Source of the DNA: Nitrospirota bacterium
GTDB taxonomy: Bacteria > Nitrospirota > UBA9217
DNA: 64,000 bases
Assembly: GCA_963754875.1 (NCBI GenBank)
Contig: CAVWHO010000014.1
Location: 131,886-195,885, forward strand
Direction of reading: 5' to 3'
This document shows positions 10,890 to 21,219 of the stretch, piece by piece. Made by a program: the position numbers and the translations under genes. Every line of letters begins with the position of its first letter. Positions within the stretch are counted from its first letter, which is position 1. The notes beneath the pieces were generated by a model that worked only from the letters and a program-made list of their open reading frames with translations, was not told the DNA's origin and did no database searches.

Positions 10890-11975
10890 ATGCTACGAAT
10901 TATCTTCACTCTAGACTATGAAATCCATGGAAATGGAGATGGCAATCCCAATGACTTGATGATCGAACCTACTGACAGACTCCTTCGCCTGTGTGATGAA
11001 TATGGTGCCAAACTGACAATTATGGCGGATGTGGCCGAGATATTGAAATTCAAAGAATACAAAGATCAATACGGACGCGACGATTATTGCTACGATGCCA
11101 TTGTGGATCAGCTTCGCCGCGCGATCAAAAGCGGCCATGATGTTCAGATGCACATTCATTCAGGTTATTTTAATGCGATGCACAAAAATGGGTGTTGGAT
11201 CCAGGATTGGTCGGAATACAACTTTGCCGGTTTGTCTTTCGAGCGCATGGACTGGATGGTCATGGTCTGCAAACAGTTTCTCGATTCGCTTCTTAGACCA
11301 GTAGACCCTATCTACCGCTGTATTGCCTTTCGCGCGCCCAACTGGTCGGTTAGCCCATCCAAGAACGTCGTTCGGGCGTTAGTCAATAATGACATCAAGA
11401 TTGATACGTCCATATTTAAATATGGCTACCGGAACGACATCGTGGCTTTCGATTACTCTCGGGCTTATAGCCAGATCGTTCCTTGGCGGGCACAAGAAGA
11501 CGATATCTGCAGTCGTGATGATAACAGCCGGCTCTGGGAATTGCCTATCTACTCAGAAAAACGCTGGATCGGTGCGTTTCTGACGTCAAACCGCATCTAC
11601 CGTGCTCTCATAAGTTGGCGTCACCAAGTGCGCAGCAAAGATAGACATAGCACCCCAAAGGATAATGCCGCCCTGCACATGCGTAAAGGGGTGTGGATGG
11701 ACAGCGTCTTTCAGAGACACGCCTGGAAAGCTGACTTCAACCAGTGCATGAGCAAACAGTTGATAAATGCGTTGCAGAGGGCATCTGACAAGTATGATCG
11801 TCAAAAAGACAGGATGCTCCCATTTGTTCTCATAGGTCATTCAAAGCTGTTTACTAAGCGAAATGAACGAAGCCTTACAGCTTTTCTCGTTCATTGTGCA
11901 AGACACCCTGATAAATTTGAGTTTGACAATTTAAGCGAGATAAATCGAGCCGAAAAACAGTGGGAAACACTTTGA
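10890..11975 (+). CDS. Polysaccharide deacetylase-family protein
   Basis: IFTLDYE, HDVQMHIH, AFRAPNW; ATG start chosen. Confidence 0.7.
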   Translation: MLRIIFTLDYEIHGNGDGNPNDLMIEPTDRLLRLCDEYGAKLTIMADVAEILKFKEYKDQYGRDDYCYDAIVDQLRRAIKSGHDVQMHIHSGYFNAMHKNGCWIQDWSEYNFAGLSFERMDWMVMVCKQFLDSLLRPVDPIYRCIAFRAPNWSVSPSKNVVRALVNNDIKIDTSIFKYGYRNDIVAFDYSRAYSQIVPWRAQEDDICSRDDNSRLWELPIYSEKRWIGAFLTSNRIYRALISWRHQVRSKDRHSTPKDNAALHMRKGVWMDSVFQRHAWKADFNQCMSKQLINALQRASDKYDRQKDRMLPFVLIGHSKLFTKRNERSLTAFLVHCARHPDKFEFDNLSEINRAEKQWETL

Positions 11976-12084
11976 AGCCCAGTCGAGCCTCATTATTTGA
12001 GTCCCCAGACGATTTACTTTACCATAAGTCTTACGGAACTAATAAAAACGCACTACGTTATGTTACAAAGTCGCTTGATCTTGT

Positions 12085-12272
12085 GTTTGAACCAGGTGTA
12101 ACCCAGATTGCATCAAGATTGTAGAACCACCGTTTGGTGGTTTATTCGTATTATATAAGCTGTGGCACCTAGGGAAACCGCGTAAGCATGGCTGGCATCA
12201 ACGCAGACATGATTCGTGAATATGTCAGGAACAGTAAGAGAAAGAAGTTGAAGAAGGACAAAAAAAGTTTAT
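12085..12272 (+). pseudogene. Degenerate IS200/IS605 tnpA C-terminal remnant
   Basis: Broken frames read LW..G / VSMAGINADMIREYVRN..KK..E.D, resembling the TnpA W-x-R-G-Y-x-V-S-T-V-G...I-R-x-Y-V-x-x-Q motif. Confidence 0.5.
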
Positions 12273-12398
12273 AAAAGGGCAGCAGGGATGACATTGTTAG
12301 GAGTTGTCGCACTCTAGGGAAACACCAACAAGATAGGTGGTCGATTATTATTCAGGAGCCAATAAGTAACCTGGTGGTTTGAGATCGAAAGTGAAAAA

Positions 12399-13274
12399 AT
12401 GAAATACGTAATCATCACTCCAGCGCATAACGAGGAGAAGTTCATCGAGAAGACGATTTCTTCGGTGATAGCCCAGAAGGCTCGCCCTTTGAAATGGGTT
12501 ATTGTAAATGATGGCTCGACTGATCGCACGAGAGAAATAATTAAAAAGTATCTGTCTCAAAATGATTTTATAGAGCTTATAAACGTGGAACGTGGCACGG
12601 AACGCAGTTTCGGGAACAAAGCCAAGGCGTTCAACCTGGGCGTGCAATATTTGAGGGGGGTGGATTACGAGTTCATCGGCAATCTTGATGCAGATATAAT
12701 CCTGCAACCGGACTATTACTCGAATATACTTCATATGTTTGCTGGGGACGGGAAGCTCGGCATATGTGGAGGAATCATTTACACAACAGTTGGCAACACG
12801 TGGATGACGACGGACTGGACACTTGACAGTGTTGCGGGAGCGGTACAATTGTTCCGGTGTGAATGTTTTACCGACATAGGTGAGGGTTATGCACCGTTAC
12901 CCTATGGAGGCATTGACGCAGCAGCGGAAATTACAGCCAAAATGAAAGGTTGGGAAGTACGGAAATCCCTGGTGAATAAGGCTTATGAACAAAGGCAGAC
13001 AGGCACAGCAACTAGCGGTCCCTTGGCCGCGTGCTATCGGCTAGGATGGCGGCTGCACTCACTCGGTTACGGACTGGTTTTTTTCGGCCTGCGCTGTCTC
13101 TACAGGATTGGTGATCCTCCTGCGGTTTTGGGCAGTTGCACGACGTTTTTGGGGTTCGTCGTTTCGATGATTAAGCGTCGGCCAGTGCTGTTGCCGGATA
13201 CGGTCGTGGAGCACTTGAGGCGGGAACAGCGACACCGTCTCTACCGGATGTTTTTTCCCTGGATGACCAGCTAG
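12399..13274 (+). CDS. Glycosyltransferase family 2
   Basis: IITPAHNEE, VNDGSTD, NLDADI. Confidence 0.9.
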   Translation: MKYVIITPAHNEEKFIEKTISSVIAQKARPLKWVIVNDGSTDRTREIIKKYLSQNDFIELINVERGTERSFGNKAKAFNLGVQYLRGVDYEFIGNLDADIILQPDYYSNILHMFAGDGKLGICGGIIYTTVGNTWMTTDWTLDSVAGAVQLFRCECFTDIGEGYAPLPYGGIDAAAEITAKMKGWEVRKSLVNKAYEQRQTGTATSGPLAACYRLGWRLHSLGYGLVFFGLRCLYRIGDPPAVLGSCTTFLGFVVSMIKRRPVLLPDTVVEHLRREQRHRLYRMFFPWMTS

Positions 13275-13375
13275 GCCAGATCTCAATAAAGGAGCCAGTT
13301 ATAATAATTTCTCAACACTACTTTACCTTTCTGTTTCATCTGCCACGGATTTTTTCTCAAATCCGCAACTGGCCA

Positions 13376-14074
13376 TTGTACCTGTTTAATTACCTACTAC
13401 GTCGGGAGAGGCTGGCAGAGTATAAGCTACGGAACGGTTTTAGGTTAATTGATGGCCGTGGAACATTGGCTGGAACCATAGCTGTCATTTTTGTCCGCCG
13501 AGAGTATGGGCCGATGCAAAACTATCGGACGATTGTAGATATCGGTGCGAATATGGGGGGGTTTGCCGTTTACGCGGCACTAACATGTCCGAACTCGAAA
13601 ATTTATTGCTTCGAGCCGGAAGAGCAAAACTTCGGGGTTCTAATGAAGAATATAGCCATCAATTCACTAGAAGAGCGGGTTCTCGCATTTCAATGTGCTG
13701 TTGCCTCCAGCAGCGGGTCCCGAGCGATGGCAATCGGGCCATCGCCGCTGAATTCGCTAGTGGCGAAAGACGAATGCGTGAGGCTCCAGACGGTCTGTTG
13801 TACAACGCTGCGTGAAATTCTTAAGCAACAAGAGTTGGAAACCATAGATCTCTTAAAGATGAATTGTGAAGGGGCAGAATATGAGATTCTTGCGGGTTGC
13901 ACGCACGCCGATTTTGAGCGGATGCCGCGCATCCGGCTGGAGTATCACAACCTTGGCTCGACGACGCATAACGGAAAGTGGCTTGCCAAGTATCTGAAGA
14001 GCCAAGGTTATCAGATTGAGCATTTCTCACGCTACCGGGGTGAATCCGGTTTTATCTGGGCGATGCTAAAATAA
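13376..14074 (+). CDS. FkbM-family methyltransferase (true start may be 13301)
   Basis: VDIGANMG, CFEP, LKMNCEGAEYEIL. Confidence 0.88.
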   Translation: MYLFNYLLRRERLAEYKLRNGFRLIDGRGTLAGTIAVIFVRREYGPMQNYRTIVDIGANMGGFAVYAALTCPNSKIYCFEPEEQNFGVLMKNIAINSLEERVLAFQCAVASSSGSRAMAIGPSPLNSLVAKDECVRLQTVCCTTLREILKQQELETIDLLKMNCEGAEYEILAGCTHADFERMPRIRLEYHNLGSTTHNGKWLAKYLKSQGYQIEHFSRYRGESGFIWAMLK

Positions 14075-14147
14075 GTGCTACCGGTGCGAACGGTTTGAAT
14101 GGCCAAAATTCAATACCAGGGAATCAATTAAAACAGGAAATGTTCAG

Positions 14148-15107
14148 ATGGATTTATCTATCATTATCGTCAATTGGAACTCCAAGGACTATCTTCTTAA
14201 ATCGCTCGCCTCGATCGTGACTGCAACCCAAGACATTGAGTTCGAAATTGTGGTGATCGATGCCGCATCTTACGATGGCTGCGACGAGATGCTACGAAAG
14301 ATCTACCCTTACGTCCGATTCATACAGGGTGTCAAAAACTTCGGTTTTGCGAAGGCCAACAATGAGGCATGCAGTGCGGCACGGGGAAGTACGCTCCTCT
14401 TTCTCAACCCCGATACAGAAATCGAAGGCGCCGCCATAGAAACCTTATATCATCAACTGAACGCGTTACCCAATGCCGGAATTGTTGGCCCCAAACTTCT
14501 TAACAGCGACAGGTCGGTACAGCAAAGTTGTGTCCGCGCTTTTCCTACTATCCTCAATCAAGTGCTCGAGTCCGATGTGCTGCGCAAACTTTTTCCGAGG
14601 GCTCGATTATGGGGGATGAGACCCCTTTTGACAGGAAACGAGGTTGCGAAGGAAGCGGACGCAGTTTCAGGAGCGTGCCTTATGGTAAAAAGGTCGGTGT
14701 TTGAGAGTGTTGGGATGTTCAGCACTGATTACTTCATGTATTCGGAGGATATTGATCTCTGCCTCAAAGTACGGAAGTCCGGGTTGAATACATATTATAT
14801 TCCGATGGCCGTCGTCGTCCACCATGGTGGCGCAAGCAGCGCGCAGATGAGTGCAGACACCTTTTCCTCCATTATGATGTTGGAATCCCGATCGCGCTTT
14901 TTCCGAAAAACACGATCGTTGTGTTATTCTGGGCTTTACCGCATCGCAATGTTCGGTATAAGCATTGTTCGGGTCGGGCTGCTGCTGTTCGTGTGGCTCG
15001 TTTTCGGACTGTGTGGAAGAGTATCTTTGGTCGAACCTATGCTGAAAAAATGGTTGGCAAGATTGCGCTGGACACTTGGGGGTGAAAGATGGGTCAAAAA
15101 TTACTAA
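14148..15107 (+). CDS. Glycosyltransferase family 2
   Basis: SIIIVNWN, FLNPD, VSGACL, FMYSEDIDLC. Confidence 0.9.
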   Translation: MDLSIIIVNWNSKDYLLKSLASIVTATQDIEFEIVVIDAASYDGCDEMLRKIYPYVRFIQGVKNFGFAKANNEACSAARGSTLLFLNPDTEIEGAAIETLYHQLNALPNAGIVGPKLLNSDRSVQQSCVRAFPTILNQVLESDVLRKLFPRARLWGMRPLLTGNEVAKEADAVSGACLMVKRSVFESVGMFSTDYFMYSEDIDLCLKVRKSGLNTYYIPMAVVVHHGGASSAQMSADTFSSIMMLESRSRFFRKTRSLCYSGLYRIAMFGISIVRVGLLLFVWLVFGLCGRVSLVEPMLKKWLARLRWTLGGERWVKNY

Positions 15108-15397
15108 CACCTACATGTGGCCGCTCATTTAATGACGATGGGCTTAATATTGACAGTCACAACATCTTTGATAGGAGCTTTTTCAAGCAACTCTGAGGAT
15201 ACCAAAAGCTCCGCCTAATTTCGTGGTGAGCCGCTGCGGTTCGACCATTCGTCAACAAAAAGGAGTAATCGTATTGGACGGCAATCTTCGACTTAAGAAA
15301 ATCTATCTACAGTTGTACCGGACGGCGAAAGTGTATGGTCTCTTTGAGACGTCCCGGCTGGCGGTTGGATTCCAAATTTAACATTGTAGTCCCGAAT

Positions 15398-16570
15398 ATG
15401 AAATTCAGAATAATTAAAACATTACAAGAGCTGGAAGCTGTGCAGACCTATTGGGAGAGATGGCAATATCATCCTAACAATGATTTTGCTCAGTTCAAGA
15501 TGGTTTGCCAACTTCGTCCAGAGGTCGAATGTCCATATGTTACAGTTATAGAACACAATGGTCAACCACATGCGTTGCTGGCTGGGCGCTTGGAACGGAC
15601 TCAATTTGCACCGTCAATTGGCTATTTAAAACCGGTGAGGATACCAGTTAAAGTACTGACAGTCCTTCATAATGGTCTACTTGGCCAAATAGATGAAGAG
15701 ACGGCTAAGAATTGTGTCCATTATCTTTGGTCTCTGCTCGGCTCTGGTGCGGCTGATGCAATTGAATTTCATTCTCTCCATGAAAACTCGACCCTGCTGC
15801 GGGCATTACGACTTTATATGTCGGGATGGTTTTGTGAAAAGAAGCCTAGGTGGTCTATTCATTGGGAGATGGCCCTTCCAGCAGAAAAGCAATTCATAAA
15901 GAAAAAATTTAGCTCTAAGCACCGCACCGCTATTCGGAAAAAACAGCGAGAACTGGAGTCAGCCTTTCCAGGCAAGGTTTCGTGGCGCTGGATGAGCCGA
16001 TTTGATAATGTACCTGGGCTTTGTGCTCGACTTGAGGAAGCGGCAGCGCGCACCTATCAACGGGGATTGAGATCCGGCTTTATGAACAATGAGGAGTATC
16101 GCCAACGTTTTGCTCTGTTTGGTCGGCGGGGGCAGTTACGCGTGCAGTTGCTGGAGATTGATGGGGGGGTTCGGGCTTTCTGGTTTGGGACTGTTTACCA
16201 GGGCATTTTCCATGCGGCGGATACCGGTTATGATCCAGATCTGAGAAAGTACCGTGCCGGGACCCTGTGCTTTATGCAAATGAGTGATGAGTTAGTGAGA
16301 GAGGGTGTACGAAAACTGGATTTCGGAATAGGGGATGCTCTTTACAAACAACGGTTCGGAGACCAGTTCTGGCGTGAGTCGACAGTCTGGCTGTTTGCTC
16401 CCACCATGAAAGGGATAGTTCTCCGGACGATTTTAAGATTGTCAATCATGCTGGACAGTGCCGCCCGACGAATACTTCACCGGGTGAGATTGGTGGACAG
16501 ACTGAAAACCATTTGGCGGCGGAGTTTGTTAAAAAGTGAAATCGAAGCTGACAAAACTGAAAATATATGA
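15398..16570 (+). CDS. GNAT-family (Acetyltransf_6-type) protein
   Basis: DTGYDPDL..Y..G, LDFGIGDALYKQRF; start could instead be 15335. Confidence 0.75.
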   Translation: MKFRIIKTLQELEAVQTYWERWQYHPNNDFAQFKMVCQLRPEVECPYVTVIEHNGQPHALLAGRLERTQFAPSIGYLKPVRIPVKVLTVLHNGLLGQIDEETAKNCVHYLWSLLGSGAADAIEFHSLHENSTLLRALRLYMSGWFCEKKPRWSIHWEMALPAEKQFIKKKFSSKHRTAIRKKQRELESAFPGKVSWRWMSRFDNVPGLCARLEEAAARTYQRGLRSGFMNNEEYRQRFALFGRRGQLRVQLLEIDGGVRAFWFGTVYQGIFHAADTGYDPDLRKYRAGTLCFMQMSDELVREGVRKLDFGIGDALYKQRFGDQFWRESTVWLFAPTMKGIVLRTILRLSIMLDSAARRILHRVRLVDRLKTIWRRSLLKSEIEADKTENI

Positions 16571-16769
16571 AGGATACTTTATATGATCCTAACTTTCCAG
16601 GCAGAAGGTTGGTGCAGACTAAGACAAAAAAGTACCGGAAATGCGATAACAAACTTTGCCATTTGTGTGATTGGCATCACAGATGAATAGTGACGGATAT
16701 TATATTATATTTTAATTTGCGAGGAATGCTGTCAAGTTCCAGATTACCATGTGCTAAGGAGGATTAGTC

Positions 16770-18134
16770 ATGAATCAATGCTCTAAGACGCAGGGATGCG
16801 CATTGCGTTTGAAAAAACCGACCAACTACTCATCAATGCTAACAAAAGTATTATTGTTTGTGACTCTTCTTATGGCGATACTTTTTCTCAACACAATAAG
16901 TGCCGAGGCCGCATCGATTTATTGCGTCCGGGCAAACGCTACAGGGGCAAATGATGGTTCCGATTGGAACAATGCCTATACTGCGCTGCCGGCAACGCTT
17001 GTGCGGGGCGCAATCTACTACATCGCAAATGGTAATTATAGTGGATATACTTTTAATACAGCGACTTCTGGATCTACGTATATTACCATCAAAAAAGCAA
17101 CTGTCTCGGATCATGGAACCGATACTGGATGGGACAATACCTATGGGGGAGGTCAGGTTCTTTTTTCAGGGACTAACTACGTAAATTTCACTTCTTCGTA
17201 TTGGATTTTTGATGGAGGAACTGGCTCTGGAAGTAATGCTTCTTCTTACGGTTTTTATTTTACTCCATCTGCGTCTGGAAGTTCAATAAGACCCGTCCAG
17301 GTCGGCGGATTAAGCGATGGAGTAAGTAATATACAATTAAGCCATATAGGTATAGACTGTCCTGGGCCCAATGGTGATATTCAGCAATTCGGTTTTTCTG
17401 GCTACGGAAATAGTGTAACTGTATCTAATAGTTATGTGAATAACTGTCAAGTAAGTGTGTGGTCACAAGGCAATGATTGGACAGTTCAGAATAGTTATTT
17501 TGGTGATTATTGGTCATCAACTAGCAATCACGGGGTGCATATTGAAGGAATATTGCGATTTATATTTAGAAATAATATTGTTACGTCATGTCCTATTCAG
17601 TGTATCGAGCCTGGTGGTGGTGCAACTACATTTATGGCTGATAGTCAAATCTATAACAATGTGTTCGTAAATGTTTCGGGGACAAACGGAGTTTTGAAAG
17701 GGACTTCATCTGGTGGGTTTACAAATACTTTGGTTTATGGGAACACGGTCATTAACAGTAACGGGCCTCTTTTATATCAAAACAATGCAGGTGGAGGATA
17801 CAGTTCGGGAAATGTGGTTATCAATAACCTACTATACAATTGCGCCTCTCTTATAAATGAAGCAGGTGCAGGGCCAATCGCGCACTCAAATAATGCTCTT
17901 TTTGATTCTGGAACCATTTCTGAAACTGGCGTTCAAATTGGTACAGGCGATCCATTTGTTGACTACGTTCATGGTAATTACTTTTTGAAGGCTGATACTA
18001 ATAATGGACAAATACTTCCTGCCCCATACAATACAGACATAAATGGAAAAGTACGGGGTTCTGATGGTGTATGGGACAGGGGAGCTGTGCAAATTATCCG
18101 TCCGAAACCGCCCCTAAATCTCAGTATACACTAA
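16770..18134 (+). CDS. Secreted Asn/Gly/Ser-rich parallel beta-helix protein (pectin-lyase-like fold)
   Basis: Signal peptide ending AEA, repeated YNNVF/YGNTV/NNLLYN motifs, C-terminal D..G..R...WDRGA. Confidence 0.6.
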   Translation: MNQCSKTQGCALRLKKPTNYSSMLTKVLLFVTLLMAILFLNTISAEAASIYCVRANATGANDGSDWNNAYTALPATLVRGAIYYIANGNYSGYTFNTATSGSTYITIKKATVSDHGTDTGWDNTYGGGQVLFSGTNYVNFTSSYWIFDGGTGSGSNASSYGFYFTPSASGSSIRPVQVGGLSDGVSNIQLSHIGIDCPGPNGDIQQFGFSGYGNSVTVSNSYVNNCQVSVWSQGNDWTVQNSYFGDYWSSTSNHGVHIEGILRFIFRNNIVTSCPIQCIEPGGGATTFMADSQIYNNVFVNVSGTNGVLKGTSSGGFTNTLVYGNTVINSNGPLLYQNNAGGGYSSGNVVINNLLYNCASLINEAGAGPIAHSNNALFDSGTISETGVQIGTGDPFVDYVHGNYFLKADTNNGQILPAPYNTDINGKVRGSDGVWDRGAVQIIRPKPPLNLSIH

Positions 18135-18342
18135 CAAATTTTCAATTACCAAATATTGAGCGGCTGGTTGAAAACCACCTTGTTCCTGTTTCTACGAACT
18201 AACTTAAGCTTTAAGTCATCAGAATTATAGCGTCCGCTTTATTAAACAATCGTAAATGAGCAAAAATCGCTCCCTCCAATAGGTTCTGCCAACCAATTCA
18301 GTCAGTCCGCAAGCTTTGCAAGTTTCGTTTATAAAAGCGTCC

Positions 18343-18472
18343 TGAAATACCCAGCAGCTCTGCTGCTGGGATGAAAAGGACATCCTGACGTAGTCAGGAT
18401 TAGCCTCTTGTTTCGATGTATCTTTAGGTTCCAAGGCCAGATGCCCCGCAGCTCTGCTGCGGGGTACTTTCA
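18343..18472. mobile_element. Miniature palindrome-bounded element (IS200/605-end-like or REP-doublet-like)
   Basis: Two hairpins, CCCAGCAGCTCTGCTGCTGGG and CCCCGCAGCTCTGCTGCGGGG, with inverted TGAAA(G)TAC ends. Confidence 0.6.
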
Positions 18473-18478
18473 CTTTTA

Positions 18479-19774
18479 ATGAACTTTAATGGTATTGCAA
18501 TTGTTTTCGTATTGGTAAACGCGGTTGCGTTGTTAACGCTCCCGCGGAGGTGGGCCCCTCTGCCCCTATTGGTCGGAGCTTGTTACATGACACTCGATCA
18601 GCAGATAGAGATAGGGCCATTGCATTTTACTGTCATCCGAATATTGTTAGCCATTGGACTCGTGCGAGTGATCATACGAGGCGAGCGCTTATCGGGCCGG
18701 ATGAACAGCCTCGACTGGCTGATAGTGGTCTGGGCTGCCTGGGCACTGGTTAGCAGTCTCTTTTACAGGGATATTTTGGGGACTTTAGTAAACCATCTCG
18801 GCCAAGTTTATAATGCATGCGGCACTTATTTTCTTCTTCGTGTTTTCTGTCTGTCCCTCGACGATGTGGCGCGGCTATGTCGCATTACGGCGATACTTCT
18901 GGTTCCGGTGGCTGCTGAGATGCTCTATGAGAAGCTGACCCTGCATAATCTATTCTCTGCGCTGGGAGGTTTCACAGAGAGCCCGGAAATTCGCAATGGC
19001 TTAGTTCGCGCACAGGGTCCGTTTGCTCATTCTATTCTGGCCGGAACCGTCGGCGCCGTCTGTCTGCCTCTCATAGTTCCCCTATGGCGTGAGCACCGTA
19101 AAGAAACTGTGATCGGGATTGGTGCGTGTTTAGTGATGATCTTCACGTCTGGTTCCAGCGGGCCAATATTGAGCGCTATGGTGGCCATTGGAGCATTGTC
19201 TCTGTGGCATTGGCGCAACCAAATGCGGTTTGTCCGATGGCTAGCAGTACTGGGTTATCTCGGACTGGTTCTGGTTATGAAAGCGCCAGCGTATTATATT
19301 ATATCGCACATCGATCTGACGGGCAGCAGCACTGGTTGGTATCGGGCAAGGCTTATCGAATCTGCCATTGAGCATTTGCCTGAATGGTGGCTGAGCGGAA
19401 CGGATTATACCCGCAACTGGATGCCGACAGGAGTTCCCTGGAGCGCAAATCACGCTGACATCACGAATTATTACTTAAGCATGGGAGTATTAGGAGGTTT
19501 GCCTTTAATGGTGCTCTTCATCGCCATCCTATCCAAGGGGTTTTCCTATGTTGGGCAGGCGCTCCATGACATGCCTGAGTTGTCACCGCAGACTCAGTTT
19601 ATGATCTGGGCGCTTGGAGCATCGCTTTTTGTACACGCCGCCACTTTCATATCCGTATCCTACTTCGACCAGTCGTTTGTGTTTATTTACGTGACGCTTG
19701 CTGCTATCGGATCCGTATGGTCGTTGGAAGATGATTGTGCATGGCCAATGAACTACTTTGAAGAAATTGAATAG
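18479..19774 (+). CDS. O-antigen polymerase/ligase-like membrane protein (Wzy-like)
   Basis: About 10-11 hydrophobic segments, RAQGPFAHSILAG, DITNYY; EPS context. Confidence 0.75.
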   Translation: MNFNGIAIVFVLVNAVALLTLPRRWAPLPLLVGACYMTLDQQIEIGPLHFTVIRILLAIGLVRVIIRGERLSGRMNSLDWLIVVWAAWALVSSLFYRDILGTLVNHLGQVYNACGTYFLLRVFCLSLDDVARLCRITAILLVPVAAEMLYEKLTLHNLFSALGGFTESPEIRNGLVRAQGPFAHSILAGTVGAVCLPLIVPLWREHRKETVIGIGACLVMIFTSGSSGPILSAMVAIGALSLWHWRNQMRFVRWLAVLGYLGLVLVMKAPAYYIISHIDLTGSSTGWYRARLIESAIEHLPEWWLSGTDYTRNWMPTGVPWSANHADITNYYLSMGVLGGLPLMVLFIAILSKGFSYVGQALHDMPELSPQTQFMIWALGASLFVHAATFISVSYFDQSFVFIYVTLAAIGSVWSLEDDCAWPMNYFEEIE

Positions 19775-19915
19775 ATGGCCAATGACATACTGCCACTAAA
19801 GTCATGAAGTACTGTCAGATAATATATCTCCGTGATTGATCTAAGCGAACTCGGATCGGTACATATCAGTGGTTAAATTATGTAGTCAATTAGTTAAGAT
19901 TGGATTTACATCAAA

Positions 19916-20569
19916 ATGAAAAATAAAATATGGACAAAAAAAAACGCTACATATTATAATTCTGAAAAAACAAACATACACCCACTAATACCAGAAGGAC
20001 CAAACAATATCCTTGATTTAGGGTGTGCAACAGGACAGCTAGGACGAAAGCTTAAGGAGCTTAACAAAGCGTCAATTTTAATTGGAGTTGAAATGTTTCC
20101 ACAGGCAGCTGAAGAAGCAAGAAAATATTATGACAAGGTGTATTGTGATGACGTTGAAATTATAAATTTACCTTATCATAGTTACTTTGATGTTGTTATC
20201 TGCGGTGATATTCTTGAACATCTTCGAGATCCATGGGACATGGCTGAAAGAATTCACGGTTGGCTAAAGTGTAGCGGAATTCTGATTTCTTCAATTCCTA
20301 ACATACGTTATTGGCGAATACTAAGAGATATAATTCTGTATGGGAGCTGGGAATATACTGAAGCTGGAATTCTTGATAGCACACATCTTCGATTTTTCAC
20401 AAGGCGTAGTTTTATAAGTTTATTACGAGATGCAAATTTTGAAATATTAAAGCAGGAAATGGTCATTAACGGACCAAAGCAAAATTTATTTAATAAAATG
20501 TCATTTTCAATATTTGAAGAATTTATGGGGGCACAGTTTATCATATTGGCAAAGAAAGCTGATTTATAG
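19916..20569 (+). CDS. Class I SAM-dependent methyltransferase
   Basis: ILDLGCATG, GDILEHL.DP, GILDSTHLRFFT. Confidence 0.9.
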   Translation: MKNKIWTKKNATYYNSEKTNIHPLIPEGPNNILDLGCATGQLGRKLKELNKASILIGVEMFPQAAEEARKYYDKVYCDDVEIINLPYHSYFDVVICGDILEHLRDPWDMAERIHGWLKCSGILISSIPNIRYWRILRDIILYGSWEYTEAGILDSTHLRFFTRRSFISLLRDANFEILKQEMVINGPKQNLFNKMSFSIFEEFMGAQFIILAKKADL

Positions 20570-20610
20570 TAAAATTCATTAAAAATTCAAAATTTACAAA
20601 TTCCAATAAG

Positions 20611-21219
20611 ATGAATCACAATATTATAGAGCACATGATAAGGTTGTATTTAAACATAAAATCTAGAGTCTACACAACTCTCCTCTCCAGGTTTTTTTAC
20701 GAGATTGGTCGTGGGAGTACAATAGTTTCTCCTCTTAGGTTTGGTAACCTTGCAGAAGTACAATTAGGAAAGAATGTTGTTATTCATGGGAATAGCTGGA
20801 TTCAGGTATTGCAAGGTACCTTTCCTGATATTTCTCCCAAGCTCATCATTAAGGACAATGCTGCCATCGGGATGAACGCAACAATTTCAGCAGCTAAGAG
20901 AATCATTATAGAAGAATATGTGTTTACAGCACGAAATGTTTATATTTCAGACCACAGTCATAATTTCTATGACATCGAAAAGCCCATATCGCTACAAGGC
21001 ATTGATAAAATTGCCGAAGTTATTATTGGAGCTGAGACCTGGATCGGCCAGAACGCAGTAATATTGCCGGGAGTAACAATAGGAAAACATTGCGTCATTG
21101 GGGCGAATGCAGTTGTTACTAAAAGCATACCTGACTATTCAGTGGTAGTTGGCGCGCCTGCAAAAATAATTAAGACATATGATAAAAATAATAGAAAATG
21201 GGTCAGGAACGAAGAATGA
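20611..21219 (+). CDS. Hexapeptide-repeat O-acyltransferase
   Basis: ISDHSH, WIGQNAVILPGVTIG, VGAPAK. Confidence 0.88.
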   Translation: MNHNIIEHMIRLYLNIKSRVYTTLLSRFFYEIGRGSTIVSPLRFGNLAEVQLGKNVVIHGNSWIQVLQGTFPDISPKLIIKDNAAIGMNATISAAKRIIIEEYVFTARNVYISDHSHNFYDIEKPISLQGIDKIAEVIIGAETWIGQNAVILPGVTIGKHCVIGANAVVTKSIPDYSVVVGAPAKIIKTYDKNNRKWVRNEE

